Source: Lama guanicoe
Lineage: Eukaryota
Assembly: GCA_013239625.1 (NCBI GenBank)
Contig: MU053304.1
Location: 2,666,001 to 2,730,000, forward strand
Direction: 5' to 3'
Length of the DNA: 64,000 bases
The notes beneath the pieces were generated by a model. It did not search any database and was not told where the DNA came from. It saw only the letters and a list, made by a program, of their open reading frames with translations. Shown here in pieces: positions 1-13,092 of this stretch (position 1 is the first letter of the stretch; the number at the start of each line of letters is the position of its first letter). A program made the translations under genes and the position numbers.

Positions 1-1079
1 TAGCTCTGTAAGGATTTCTTTTACATTGCACTAGCCTGGTGTCAGAGGTATTTTGAAGTTCAAGTTTATCGCTAATCTTAATGCTGCCTGAATGTCTCTA
101 TATTGAGTTAAGTCCACAGCTGAAAGTTGCTTGCTTATTGTCCATTTTACTACTATTTTTAATCTAGGATAAATAATCAATGCACTGGGTAATTATTCGT
201 TAGAGGCTTTCCCTTCCCCCCACCTCAGGATAAAAGTTTGCAAGTCATTCACACACTATTGATTTGTAATCCAAATTTAGGGAGAGGCTTGCGTTCCTAC
301 ATGAAGATAAATTTTAGTCAGAAAAAAAGAAAGGCTTATGTACTCTTGTTCCTCACAGTTTTTATTTTTTTCCTCTTGCCTCAGTAAACATTTGTGCTCA
401 AGGATTTTTACAGGTTAATAAAAAGAAGCAGGTCCGGAGTGGTAAGTACATGTGACTCGCTAATATATGCAGACCTGGTGAAGGTTATTCCCTGGGGATT
501 TTACTGAGAGAAAATTGTAATGAGCTCATTATTTATTTGAGAATAGGGAAGAAGAAAACAAAACAAGAGTAACAAAGGAAAGTTGGGTTGTTTGGAAACT
601 TTTATTTTATTTTATTATCTCCCAATGCTCTCCTCTGCCCTAAAGAGAATTATATGACTGTCCTTGAGAAAGACAGAAGTAAGACCTGTGAATACTATTC
701 ACTTTGATATCTGCATTTGTGATAAAATATCTGGACATCCATCGCCCTCAGAGGGAAGAGGGAAGACACCAGCTCTATTCACATGCAGAGGTGACTGACA
801 TATTCTAATACCCATTTACCTCTCCTCACCAACAACATTAAGCCATCGGGATCTGAATCTACTAGGCTCTGAGTAACCTCTGAGTTGAGGTTTATCAACT
901 CAGTAGAAAGGGTTTCATTCCAGTACCCAGGCAAGGAGCATTACACAATCTCATGAGCTTTGCATACGCTTCCACCTACAAGATAACAAAGACTAACTTT
1001 TTCTCAGTAATTCAATTCTTGTTGGACTTGTGCCTCTAGTTTGCATTTATTGACTTCTGACTCTATACAACTCTTACAA

Positions 1080-2180
1080 CTGTTCACTAAGATAAACAAA
1101 ACAAATGCCCTCTCCTCCAGCAGGACACACCCTACTGGGGGGACCACATGCACATCAGTGATTGGAATTCAAGATGTGTCCTGAGAATCACTTAAGGTCA
1201 AATATAAGCAAAATGCTCTGGGAGCATGGAGGAGTGCTTGAAGACTCAGGAGTGGGAAGAGCAGAAAAGGTTTTGTGAAGGAGGTGACAGCAGGATTGAA
1301 CCTTTTCAATCAAGTCACCACAGACGTCTGTGATTCACAATATTGGAAAGAAGGCATTCCCACCTTGAGATTAGTGATAGCCAAAATTTAGTTGTGTGAA
1401 AGCGTTTGGTGTGTTAGGAAATTACATGTGTAGCAGTGGTGTGATGGTTAATTTATGTGTCAACTTGACCAAGCCACAATATTCCTATATTTTGTTAAAT
1501 ACCCATCTAAATGTCATGGTGATGGTATATTTCAGGTGAGATTAACATTTAAATCAGTAGACTTTGAATAAAGCAGATTGCCCTTAATAATATGGGTGGG
1601 CCTCATCCCATCAGTTGCAGGCTTCAAGAGGAAAAAGACAGCTTTGCCCTGAAGAATAGGGAATTTTGCCTCCAGACTGCCCTCAGAGTCCACCTGCAAC
1701 ATCAACTCTTCCCTGGGTCTCCAACTTGCCATCCACATGCAGATTCTAGATGTGCCAGGCTCCACAGTCCTGTGAGGCAATTCCTTCAAGTCTCTGTATA
1801 TTTATGTTTCTCTATCTGTCTATCCATCTAGCTATCTGTTTTATTTCTCTGGAGGACTAACACAGCTGGGTAGTTTTCAAGTGGGCAAAGGATAATTGTA
1901 GAAAGTGTGCTAGCATTCCATCGTGTACCACCTGCGATTCTAGTGTAAGGAAACTACTCTTTCTTATTTGGCATCGTGAAGCCAATCAGAGATTTCTGAG
2001 CTGGGGGTTTTGTGTGATGAGTTAACATCCTTGTTATTATAAAGCATGATTTTGAAAGGGCTGATGGTAACTAGAGAGAGGAGTTGCAGTTTCGATATTA
2101 AGGAATAATTAGTAGCAGTCTAGTTGGTTGAAGGCCTGGAAAGCAGTATTGTCAGATGAAAGGGAATGTGAGAACTGGCA
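1080..2180 (-). mobile_element. Decayed L2 LINE fragments, split by an MLT2 LTR
   Basis: L2-like purine-rich motifs (tgctctgggagcatggaggag; ttttgtgaaggaggtgacagc) on both sides of the LTR; boundaries approximate. Confidence 0.5.
1440..1864 (+). mobile_element. ERVL solo LTR, MLT2D-like
   Basis: Starts TGTGATGGTTAATTTATGTGTCAACTTGAC; contains gattaacatttaaatcagtagactttga and tatgggtgggcctcatcc; ends tttctctggaggactaacaca. Confidence 0.9.
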
Positions 2181-2989
2181 TTTCCCAAAGTTTTGGGGCC
2201 TCCAGTAATAGTTTGTAGATCAGAATCATTTAATGGTAGAAACTCAGTGGAACTTAGAGATTTAAGATTACACAAAATGAGCATACTGGGGAGTTATCAG
2301 TAACTTCCAGTCCCACTATTGGAGCCCAAATGTTCACCTCTTGGATTGTTCCAGCTCATCTGGTAGCAGGGATTCAACATCCTGAAAGTGTTATCTAGAC
2401 ATTTCTCACATGAGCCTAAAAAACAGTTAGAACCAGCTGTAGCTTCTACATCCTCCCATCTTTCTAATTCTCTCCTATTCAGATTCCTCACTTCTGAATT
2501 CCTGCTCAGAAGTCCACTTGGTGAAGCCAAATTTATCACTGACTCCCTTAAAAAAAAAAAGAAAGAAAGAACAAAAAACAACAAAAACAAAAAATATAAC
2601 ATGAGAGCTGAGGGTGCTACCCTGGGATGCTCTCAGTACAGAGTCCTTGGGAAGCCAAAGTGACATGAGAGCCCACGAAGGGTCAGGAGGGCCCCTTCCT
2701 CAATTCACTAGCATTTAATGTCTCTTGGAAATAGGAACAGAATTCTGCAAAGGTCCTTTTGAAAATATTTGTCAGCCTCCGCCCCATACTCTTAGCTTTA
2801 AGATGTTTAGCATCATCCAATATGGCTCCTTGTGATGGAGTTTTCTTCAGTAAATTTATTCCCACTAGAGTTTGAAGGATAAACGTCCTACCTCTATTCA
2901 TCCAGTAGTTACTCTGTAATTTCCAAGTGACGTATTGAACCAAACATTTCAATCAGCACATAGATAAAAATCTCACCTTTATCCTAAGA

Positions 2990-3465
2990 TAATATATATG
3001 AATTCAGGCATTCTTAAACAAAGACTTTCACTGAAGACATTTTAACACGATATAGAAAAAAATGAAAAGAACCTAAATTTGTAATAGTAGAGTTTTCTAA
3101 AACAATATATGCTCCCATTAAATTGAAAAAGTTAAATAAATGCTCATAGACTTTCATGATGGATATAATAGAACAAAAATATCATAATGATTTTCACAAA
3201 TAATAAGGTGGGGAGTCATTTTCAAGACATAGTGGGCAAAGCAGGACATAGAATGATACATATTATTTAATTACAAATATGCATATACGTGTCTTTATAT
3301 ATTTCATGCCAAATTAAATACTTTCTTATATTATGAGTAAAAAGATTAAACAAAAGATACCAAGTGAAGCAATGGTGTTCTGTCTTTAGTGAGATATTTT
3401 TTTGTGTATATAATTTTCAACTTTTCACACTGATCATATGTAAAATTCATAATCAGATAAAAAAA
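2990..3465 (+). mobile_element. Old L1 (L1ME-like) 3' end
   Basis: A-rich, with aacctaaat..., caggacatagaatgatac and a terminal cataatcagataaaaaa resembling L1ME 3' UTRs. Confidence 0.55.
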
Positions 3466-3679
3466 TGAATGTGACTTTGACAAGGGTCAATTTAAGGGAA
3501 AGTAGTGGAAGGGATAATTACTATGAATGATTGTCCTCATTACATCAAAATAGGAACTATTTTGCCAAAAAGTGGATGGAACTTGCCTACAATTCACACA
3601 TTACTCAAAAGTCTCCTGTTCTATGTTGTCTCTATTAAAGATTCAAGACATACCAAGTTCAACCACCAGAATGCAGTGA

Positions 3680-3910
3680 AAGAGGCAGTGGACCATGGTG
3701 GACAAGTTTAAGTTAAAATTAAGCCGGGGATGCCACTGAAATTATCAGGGAACCTGGAAGTGCTCAACCTCTGTGGTCTCAGTTTTCTCATCTGTGAAAT
3801 GGAGAAGGAGCATTTACCTTATAAACTTTTTAGAAAAAGTAAAATATGAAAAGTAATATAGATAAAGAGAATAGCTTAATTCCTGGTGCAGAGTGTCAAT
3901 TAATGGTTAT
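3680..3910 (+). mobile_element. MIR SINE
   Basis: MIR core aacctctgtggtctcagttttctcatctgtgaaatggag. Confidence 0.8.
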
Positions 3911-4151
3911 GTTTAAGTATTTGACATTATTATTCCTTCTACTATAGAATTAGCTTGCTGCCATGAAGCCACTCAGCAAGAAACGGGAGGTACACTTTCA
4001 AGCCACAATCATAATGATCATCAAAATAACAATAGTAATAATAATGCTAACTTCAGGCAGGGGTTTGGGTGAATGTTTCTCCACACTGTGATGCTCTAGG
4101 TATAACACAGGGAGTCAGCATCGGGTTTGCAAAGTTGTTTGGCAAAAATAG

Positions 4152-4194
<43 letters not shown>
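4152..4194. repeat. (AAT)n microsatellite, ~14 units
   Basis: Directly visible; explains the poly-Tyr ORF at 4053-4241. Confidence 0.98.
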
Positions 4195-4195
<1 letters not shown>

Positions 4196-4764
4196 CAACT
4201 ATAAAAACATGGTTATAACAACAAAGTTCTGATCTCGGCAACTTGTTTGAATAAATAATTCAGTTATCTATGCTTAAGAAAAAGAATGAAAACTTTTGAA
4301 ATATTTGCAACTTAACTCTCAAGTAATGAAGTGGGAATAAAACACAAGTGTAACCACTAACTAGAAGCTATTTCAACAAAAGTGTTTAGAGGTCTTGGGT
4401 CACAACACCATACCATTCATTACTCGCTCAGCATAGGACAACAGGGAAACACAAGGTGACCATCAACTCGGCATGAGCTGTCACTGGGAGCTGAGAGCAC
4501 AAGATCCAGCTTATTGGTTGCTCAACTTTTGTGACTTGATCTACATTCCTATGACTGTCTTATCAAATGATAACAAACTATTATTTTTGTTATATCTTAT
4601 TTTCCACAGAAGGGTATTAAATAATTACTTCTGGGGATAATATCTAAGACCAAAAATATAATCAATTAAAAAAAAGATTTTCAAAGCAGGGAAATAAAGA
4701 ATACACACCTGAAGGAGACAGAGTAACATTTATAAAGAGCTATGTGCCTGCGTGAAGAATTAGA

Positions 4765-4900
4765 CCCTGATCTCCATTTGACAAATAGGAAACTGAGTGC
4801 CAGAGAAAGATAACTTAATTTATTCAAGGTTCTGTAGCTACTTAGTGGCAGAGACAAAATTCTAAGAACAAGGGGTCTGCCTTACTGCAAAGGTTTTGAT
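4765..4900 (-). mobile_element. MIR SINE
   Basis: ccatttgacaaataggaaactgag...caaggttctgtagctacttagtggcagag (reverse MIR core). Confidence 0.75.
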
Positions 4901-5683
4901 TTTTCCCCTCAACTAAAGTATCAAATCCCTGCTATCTGCATTGCTAACAGCTGTGGACAACACAGCTCTACATTGACAAACATGTGAGAAAGTAGATAAT
5001 TAGATATAATCAACAATTTTCTAATCTGCTTAACCTTTCAATTATTTTGCAGAATGTTAACACGCCCCTAAATATCTTTGATGTTGGTGTAAAGCATTTT
5101 CAAATACTAAACCGCAAAAAACCTATAGTATCTCCAACCTCCCCCTACCAAAAAAGCTCCTACTTCATTGCTCACATCATCTTTATAAACCGTTCCATGC
5201 AGAAAGCAAATTCATACGGAATATTATAAGTAAAATAATTGTCAGCTTTCTGGGATTTCCTTAAAATCCAGTGAATCATCTGTGACCTCACACAAAGACA
5301 ATCTGTGCTTGGTATGAACACATCAACACTGTAGGAATGGAACCTGGGGTCCTGGTGAAACACCTACATTATTTTTATTGCATAATGGAAATTATCTCAT
5401 GAGAAAAAATGAAAAGAGAAATGCATGACAGCTTGAAAGTTCCAACTGAAAAATTGTTTAGTTTGACTACTAGTTGTACAGTTAGGCACAGTCAAAAAAT
5501 ACGCTCCTTCTCAGTTTCCCTTCTGTCAGTGCCTCCTTATTCACATATCACCCCACCCCTCTTCTTTCTTGCTTTGACTTCCTGAAACACAGATGTGATG
5601 ATTTGAAGAGATTTTATAGACCTTTAACTTAAAGAAAAAATAATAATATAAACCACCACTGTTGGGTTTTATCTTACTTAAAA

Positions 5684-5850
5684 CATGGCATAGTGGTAAA
5701 AAGTATGACTTCTAGAGTCAAACTATCTCTGAATGTTGTTCTGCAATGTACTAGCTATGTGACCTTGGGAAAGTTCTTTATTTCTCAGGTTTTTAGTTTT
5801 CATTGTCTGTAAATTGGAGGTAACGTTGTGAAGATCAAGAAGTTAGTATT
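5684..5850 (+). mobile_element. MIR SINE
   Basis: catggcatagtggtaaaaag...ctagctatgtgaccttgggaaagtt...ctgtaaattgga. Confidence 0.85.
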
Positions 5851-6439
5851 GTGTGTGGTTAAACACTCAGACTTTCATTGTGGACTCTGACAGAACCTGC
5901 GATTGAATATAATCTAGACATTCAAAATAATCTACCAGTTAACCATTAGAATAATTTTATTTGGAAAGTCACTAGTCACAGAATTAATATGCAAAACTCA
6001 ATTGTGTTACTGTAGGTTCAACGTGTATGGTTAAAATTACAAGGAAAAATATGCCATTTACCCTCACATTTAAACGCATTAGATAAAAAGAAAATACATA
6101 TAATGGGAGATGTTTGAGAACTCTCCACTGAAATGTGTAAAACATTAATGAATATTTCACTTTTGGTACGGCCAAATAAAGTCTTTCCAGAATAACAGAT
6201 AACAAACATAAATCCTGGGGGGAAAACTGTGAAATCGCATGAGTGCAACAAAAACAGATTTTAATTGGGAGACATCAGGTCCAAGAAGAACGTGGCACGG
6301 CATCTGCCCCCTATGTTTTAATGGATTGTAGCTAACGGCAGGCTACAGTCAGCAACCAACAGCAACTGAAGCTCCAACAGAAGAACACCTGCAGAAGCAG
6401 AAGACAGAATCAGTACTCCCCGTGCTTTAAAACTGTCCT

Positions 6440-6555
6440 CAAATGTTCACATTTAGGGTTGTCATATCCTGCTGATGAATCAACTATTTTATCGTTATGA
6501 AATGCTTTTTTTTTTCTTCCGGCAATACTCATTTTATTGCAAAATACCTTGGCTT
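6440..6555 (-). mobile_element. Old L1 ORF2 endonuclease-region fragment
   Basis: Reverse complement reads catttcataacgataaaatagttgattcatcagcaggatatgacaaccctaaatgtg, resembling the L1 EN region. Confidence 0.6.
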
Positions 6556-6564
6556 ATATTATTA

Positions 6565-6750
6565 CAGCACCTTTTGGGGAGGTGTGGCTGGAAGGAGCCA
6601 TGAGGCATTTCTGGGTGGCTAGAATATTCTGTTTTGTGATCTGGGTACAGGTTACGTGGGGGTGTTCAGTCTGTGAAAATTCGTCAAGTTATATTCTATG
6701 ACCTTGCATTCTGCTGTATGTATTTCATGCTTCAATAATGTTTTTAAAAA
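6565..6750 (+). mobile_element. Old L1 (L1MC/L1ME) 3' terminus
   Basis: ttctgggtggctagaatattctgttttgtgatctggg...gtgttcagtctgtgaaaattcgtcaag...cttcaataa. Confidence 0.8.
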
Positions 6751-7501
6751 CATTTCTAGTTAGACAGTGTTCTTAAAGTGCTTAGAGCTGGAGCTAGCAA
6801 AACCCATGGAAACAAAGGTTTATTCAGTCTTGAAAGCTGCAGATTTACAGAGAGCTGTATCTTCTGGATCCAGAAGGAAGCAGGGCTGTGCCTTGGACAG
6901 AGCCTGGAACCCAACTCCCCAGCCAGGCCGGAGTTCACGGTGCTTGGTCGCTATGCTATCACTGATGGCCCCGTCTGCCTTGGCACTTCTGGAGCGCGTG
7001 AAGAGAAGTGGTTCATGCTCCTTTTCGATTTTTGATAAAATTAGACAACAGGGAACAAAACTGCTCTCCCATACTTTTCCTCTGGGTTACTGTTGCCCTC
7101 AGTGATGTCCTTATTCTGTTTTCAAAAGGTTTTTCTGTAAAGTCACTTTCCCCCAGGTAGAATGGACTTAACATGATCAGGGAAATACTGAAAATGGAAG
7201 AGAGGTTGAAAGATTTTGCCAAGAAAAAAAAATGCATCTATCACATAAAATTCTTACTGGTTAAAGATGAAGGAGCTAAGGTGTTGGCTAACTCTGAATT
7301 GTGAATTGGAGAATGGGCACACACACTGGAGGATAAAATTGATGAAATTTAGAAAAAAGCAGCTTAATGGGCTGAGGCATCAGTGTTCTGAGAGAGGAGG
7401 GCAGGATGGGGAAAGCTGAGAAATGGCACTTCATCCTGGTACCTTTGGGTTTTCCAGTGAGTTTTCATCAACTTCCCCCAAAGTAAAGAGGTGGTGATGA
7501 A

Positions 7502-7853
7502 TGTCTCAGTGCATTCAGACTTCTATTACAAAACGTCACAGGCTCTTTGTAAACAACATCAGTTTACTTCTCACAGTCTGGAGGCTGGAAGTCTAAGATC
7601 ACGGTCTGGTGGAGGGCCTCTTCTGGTTGCAGACTGCCTCCTCCTCGCTGTGTCGTCTCATGGTGGAAGGGGCTGGGGATGTCTGTGGGGTCTCTTTTAT
7701 AAGGACACTAATCCCATTCATGAGGGCTCCACCCTCATGACTTAAGAACCTCCCAAAGGACCAAGCTTTTTACATCATCGCTTTTGGGGGAATTAGGACT
7801 TCAGCATATGAATTTGGTGGGGCAAAGAGAACACAAACACTCAGACCATAGCA
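7502..7853 (-). mobile_element. MaLR solo LTR, MLT1A0-like
   Basis: tgtctcagt...ctcacagtctggaggctggaagtctaagatc...catgagggctccaccctcatgac...cactcagaccatagca; 5-bp TSD atgaa/atgga. Confidence 0.9.
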
Positions 7854-7959
7854 ATGGATATTTCTGTGAAAGCCAGACAATTAGCGTCCATTGTGCAATC
7901 ATTATATTAGTTGTTAGAGCGAGAAAATAATGTCTCTAAGCAGGATTGGTGGGCAACTG

Positions 7960-8486
7960 TTCATCTACCTCGTGGGCTGGATTAAATTTTGGCATCAGCT
8001 ATGACACCAGCTGCTCCCTTAGAGCCATGAGGGGCAGCTGCGCACACAGCACAATGTAGCTCGCTCTAAAAGCTGCAGCATTTCCGTGGGTGGCTGCTAT
8101 GGGTACAGAAGTAACTATGAGTGCAGCCCGGCCACCAACTTCTGAGAGTGCTTTCCAAATACACTTCCAGAACTGAGGGTGTCAGGAATCAATAGGAAAT
8201 AAATGGAGCCTGGGATGAAAATTCATGCAGCAGGAGTCACAAGAGATTTGGGTGAGAAAAATCAAAATTAGCCATTGGGTAAGGGAGAAGATAGTCCCGG
8301 GGCAGTCACAGAGTCCACCTCTTGGGTAAGCCCTTCCTCTCTTGGGTTTCTCTAAGGGCCTCTCTGCCCCATTCACTCCTCCAGCCCTTCTGACACCTGT
8401 ATAAGCAATTCCTTGCCTTACACCCCTCCCTGCCTGAAACACCTAGAGTGGTTTCCTGTTCCCCTGGCTGGATGCTGATTGTTACA
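7960..8486 (+). mobile_element. ERVL LTR (LTR33-like)
   Basis: 3' end acacctagagtggtttcctgttcccctggctggatgctgattgttaca matches the ERVL LTR terminus; 5' limit uncertain. Confidence 0.55.
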
Positions 8487-8669
8487 GGTGGTAATTATTA
8501 AACTACTTTAAACTATTTTTCTCAACAATTTGCTCTATACCTTTCAGAAAAACCAGGAAAACAAATAGGATATATAAGAGAAAAAATACATTCCTTCCCT
8601 TCTTTTTAAAATAAAAATGCCAAGCACACATCATTTTTCAGCCTATAAATTACTTCCCAGCAATTGTCT

Positions 8670-8820
8670 CCCTCAATCCTCACATTAATACTAGGGTTTA
8701 GACTTTTTAAAATCACCACTTGCTTCATAGATGATGGAGAATACAAGTTATTTGCCCAAGGTCATATGCAAAATACAACTTGAACTCTGATCTTTTGATT
8801 CTAAGAACAGAGTCCTATCT
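8670..8820 (-). mobile_element. MIR SINE
   Basis: aatcctcacatt...agttatttgcccaaggtcatatgc...cttgaactc. Confidence 0.7.
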
Positions 8821-10239
8821 CTTAAAATTCTATCACTAACTTAAGATAAATCTTTAGGTTTTATGAATTTTGTTGTTCCACAAGAAGCAAAACATCGGCC
8901 CAAATGCCCATTCTTTCTCTACCCATAAGGTTACAGTATTTTATCATTTGTGCATATGTATGAGTAAATTCTTTCTCTGGGTCTTAGCATCTTCTTAAGA
9001 TAAATAGATGTAAATATGATAGAAAAATTAGAGAAGTTTCCTTTCTAACAACCGAATTCTTTTGCTCCCTTGACTCTAGTCAGTGATTCTTAATTGTTCA
9101 TCTCGGTTGTTTGTTGTTGAGGGAAATACAAAATTTTAATTATTTGGGATAATAAGAGACAGCATGCAGCCTCCACAGATAGTGTCCCAAGCTTGCAGAA
9201 TTTTTTCACACAAGATCACACTTATCCATTGTGACAGGTTACACCATTTCCCAAGATGACGCACCATCTGGCCAGGGAAGAAAGCAAGTATGGGCTCTGT
9301 TGTTGTTTAAATATGATGCTGTTTTCAAGCTGAGATTCAATAAATAGGCACCAAGCCATACAAGAGACTCATAGTTTCTTTTACATCATAATCTTTATTT
9401 AGATTTCTGGTCAAGCCATGGAAAGGAGTCAATATCAGTAATCACCTTGTCCTGAAATTATTGAACAATTACCATATTTTAAAACCATAACAATGATGAC
9501 TTACAAACCAATAACATGAAACGTAAAGGGAAGTTCTCTTGGTTTGGGGATTTGGTCAATGTAACTATATGAGATTTCTTGTATAGTATTAAGACATATC
9601 GAAAGGCATAGTAAAATGCCCCCTCCTGAATTATTGTCACAGATAAATATCTCTTGTAAATGCTTTAACCTGGTATAAATTGCTTTTGACCAGAACCCTG
9701 ACTTGTGGTGATTTTTAAGGATACTCTGTCAGGAACACAACATGATTAGGAAATTTTCTACAAATAAAAGGCCGCTGGAATAAAGCAAATGACATTCCAA
9801 TGAATTATTTTTGTAAAAGTCTTCTTATTTTTTTATTCCTTATTGTTCATTTTCTCTTTTCAATTTCCAAAGTTGAAACCACATTGAAGTTGGAAAGCTT
9901 ACAGAGGGAAGAGAAACACAAGGGGATTTTAAAAGACTTCCCCAACTAGAGTTTAATTGTAAAACAGGCTTGACGATTAGGCATACTTTAAGCATGAAGA
10001 CATAAAGAAAACCAGGAAGAAAGGAATGTACTACATAAATGAAATCATCAGACTGTGGTATTTGTTTATATTTTCTTTAGTATTCCAAAGGGATCCTAGC
10101 AGTCGTGGACTTGGGGACGTGAAGACAGTGCCTACTGATTTTCAAGAAGCACACAAAACGGTGCACTTAGCGGTGCCCCCCTGGCTTTTGGGAATCCAAA
10201 GAAAGTGGTACAAGTCAGTAGTTAAGAAGGTGGGTTGAG

Positions 10240-10541
10240 AAACAAAACATAAATACAAAACAGAAACAGACTCAGACACAGAATACAAACTTCTGGTTGC
10301 CAGGGGGGTGGGAGGTGGGAAAGGATAGACTGGGATTTCAAAATGTAGAATAGATAAACAAGATTATACTGCATAGCACAGGGAAATACATACAAGATCT
10401 TATGGTAGCTCACAGAGAAAAAAATGTGACAATGAATATATATATGTTCATGTATAATTGAAAAATTGTGCTCTACACTGGAATTTGACACAACATTGTA
10501 AAATGATTAAAAATCAATAAAAAATGTTAAAAAAAATAAAG
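10240..10541 (+). mobile_element. Young 5'-truncated camelid L1 (3' UTR plus A tail) with TSD
   Basis: L1 3' UTR ending aatcaataaaaaatgttaaaaaaaataaa; exact 14-bp TSD GAAGGTGGGTTGAG at 10226-10239 and 10542-10555; TT/AAGA target; homologous to the copies at 35 kb and 55.7 kb. Confidence 0.95.
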
Positions 10542-11369
10542 GAAGGTGGGTTGAGGAGTCAGATGAGCTGACTAATTGTAATTGATTCTCAATCTGGCAC
10601 ATTCTTTGAACTTGTGCAAATTACTTACCTACTCACCACCTCAAATTTCCTTTTGGTTCGGGCAATGCTTTATGATGTTTGCAAATACCTGGGAAAGCAC
10701 TCAAGGCAGGAGTCTGTAACATTGCTGTCTCCCCAAGCTAACTTACAAACACTACTGCACCCAAGAGATGCAGCTCAGCGGTCTTCCAATTCTGTTATTT
10801 TCTCAACATGGCACTGGTCATGTATCCAGACCACAAGCCATAGTACAGAAACTTAAAGTATTTAAATTTTCTCATTGGCCAGATCAATGTACCCTGATCT
10901 ATGATGTTCACAAACTTGAAAGCTGAGTTAGTTGTCTTATTTGTGAGCACTGTTCTTATCCTAAAACTATCCACAAATTTGTCCTTAGATACTCCTTCAT
11001 GATGGAACCAGCTAGAGAATAAGTTTTTCTTACTGTTATTAGGCACTGATTTTATTTGCATTTAGCTTTTCATGTTATATTATTAACTCTAATTGGTTTG
11101 GGCTCAAGTAACGGTACATGCGCAGGTTTGAAATTTATGGCTAACTTTGTTCCACCTTATTAAAGCCCGAATATGCCCTTGACGTCATTGCAAATATTAT
11201 CAATCTTTATCTTTATTTAATTTCTGAAAACTACTCTTATGAGCTATTTCTCCTCTTTGTGATCATTGATAAAATTTAAGCACAGCACTAACATAACATA
11301 TATTTAAGTCCCCATATCAACATTGTTACATTATATTATATATTACTATTTTCTTACATAATGTCTTAC

Positions 11370-11510
11370 TATATCATATCTTATGATTTCCCATCGGTAT
11401 CATGGAGACAATACACACCATCTGTCTTCAAAGGTCATTGAGAATATTTAATGAAATGGTCCAGATAATGCTCTTAGCAAACTGGCCACACATAAATATT
11501 CAATACCTTA
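11370..11510 (+). mobile_element. MIR SINE
   Basis: tttcccatcggtatcatggagacaatac...gagaatatttaatga...cttagca. Confidence 0.55.
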
Positions 11511-12680
11511 ACATCAATCAATATGTAATTTAAAATGATAAGGTCCAGTTTAAATGAAAACCTTATGTAAAGGAATAGATTTTCATGATAGCCCTATACA
11601 TTTTATCTTTATTTCTATTTCTATTTTGGCAGATCCTGGGCTCAAATCAGGGAACTCAGGCAGGACATTAATGCAAGAATGAAAAAAGTAGAGCAACTGG
11701 CTGTTTGGGCCATTCAACAATCTCATTTGATGTTATACGGAGGAAGGAGAGTAATGAGCAATGCGGAGAGACTGAATCTTGACTGAACTTCTAACCTGAA
11801 GTTTCCCCCCAAAAAATTCAGTTCAGATCAATCAATAATATCGAGTAAATAGTATGTCCCTGTCTTTGTGCAACAAAAAAGAAAGTGCCATGATTAAGAT
11901 TTCCTTTTTTAATTTAAGTTTGCTTAATAGTGACATTTCATTATTTTCTTAATATAATTCAGAGTCCAGAAAATTATATCTGAAAAATACAGCATTCACC
12001 TTAAGAATAGAGCAAAAGAAAAGGAAATTAAATACAATTTAAGCAGAAGAAAGAGAATAGTAAAGATCAGAGTGGAAAATAATAAAATAGAAAACAAACT
12101 AAAAACACAAAGAAAATAAAAAAACAAGTCTGGTACTTTGAAAATGTTATTATACTGATAAACCTCTAGCCTCACTGACTGATCAGGAATAAAAGAGAGG
12201 ACACAGTTACCAATATCAAGAGTCAGAGAAGTGATATCACTGCAAGTCTCACAAATATTGAATGGACAATAAATAGTACAAATAAATTAAGCAATTTGGA
12301 TGAAATGGACAAATTCTTCAAAAGATACAAACAGCTAAAGCTCACTCACAAAGAAACAGATAATCTAAATAGCCCTATAAATATTAAAAACAATTCTTTT
12401 TTTCAGTTAAAAACCTCCTCAAATAGCATAGTCCATGACCTGGTGGAATTTTATCACATTTTAAAAAAGCAATAACATCAGCCTTATAAAATCATTTTTA
12501 GAAAATAGAGAAGTGAATATTGTCAGCCTCATTATAAGAAATCAGCATAACCTTAATAACAAAACCTGATGGACACTACAAAAATAAAAAAAAGGAAGGA
12601 AGGAAGGAAAGAAGACTGCACTTTTTCTCTCTCATGAATAAAGAAACAGAAGTCCTTTGGAAAATGCTTTCAAGGACTGG

Positions 12681-13092
12681 TATTGTGGACTGAATTGTGT
12701 TTTCACTGAAATTAATATGTTGAAGTTCTAATCCTCTGTATCACAGAATGTGACTGAAATTAGAGATAAATTTAAACAGGCAACTAAGTTAAAAAGAGGT
12801 CAATAAAATGGGTCTTAATCCAGTATGATTGGTGTCCTTATGAGATGAGGAAATTTGGACACACACATGCACAGAGGAAAGACAATGGGACACAGGGAAA
12901 AGACAGTCATCTACAAGCTAAAAATGAGGGACCTGGGACAGATCCTCCCCTCACAACCCTCAGAAGAATTCAGCCTTGCTGACACCTTGGTCATGGGCTT
13001 CCAGCCTCCATAGTTGGGAGAAAATAATTTTCTGTTGCTCAAGCCACCAAGGCAGTGGTACTTTGTTATGGCAGCCTACTAATGCTACTACA
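12681..13092 (+). mobile_element. MaLR solo LTR, MLT1B-like, nested in L1M
   Basis: tattgtggactgaattgtgt...cagaatgtgactg...gaggaaatttggacacacac...ctttgttatggcagcc...ctaca. Confidence 0.9.

Noticed and set aside
2683..2952. 89-aa minus-strand ORF with protein-like composition
   Set aside because: No recognisable homology, non-ATG start and no convincing splice sites
7717..7740. Palindrome tcatgagggctccaccctcatga
   Set aside because: Intrinsic part of the MLT1A LTR
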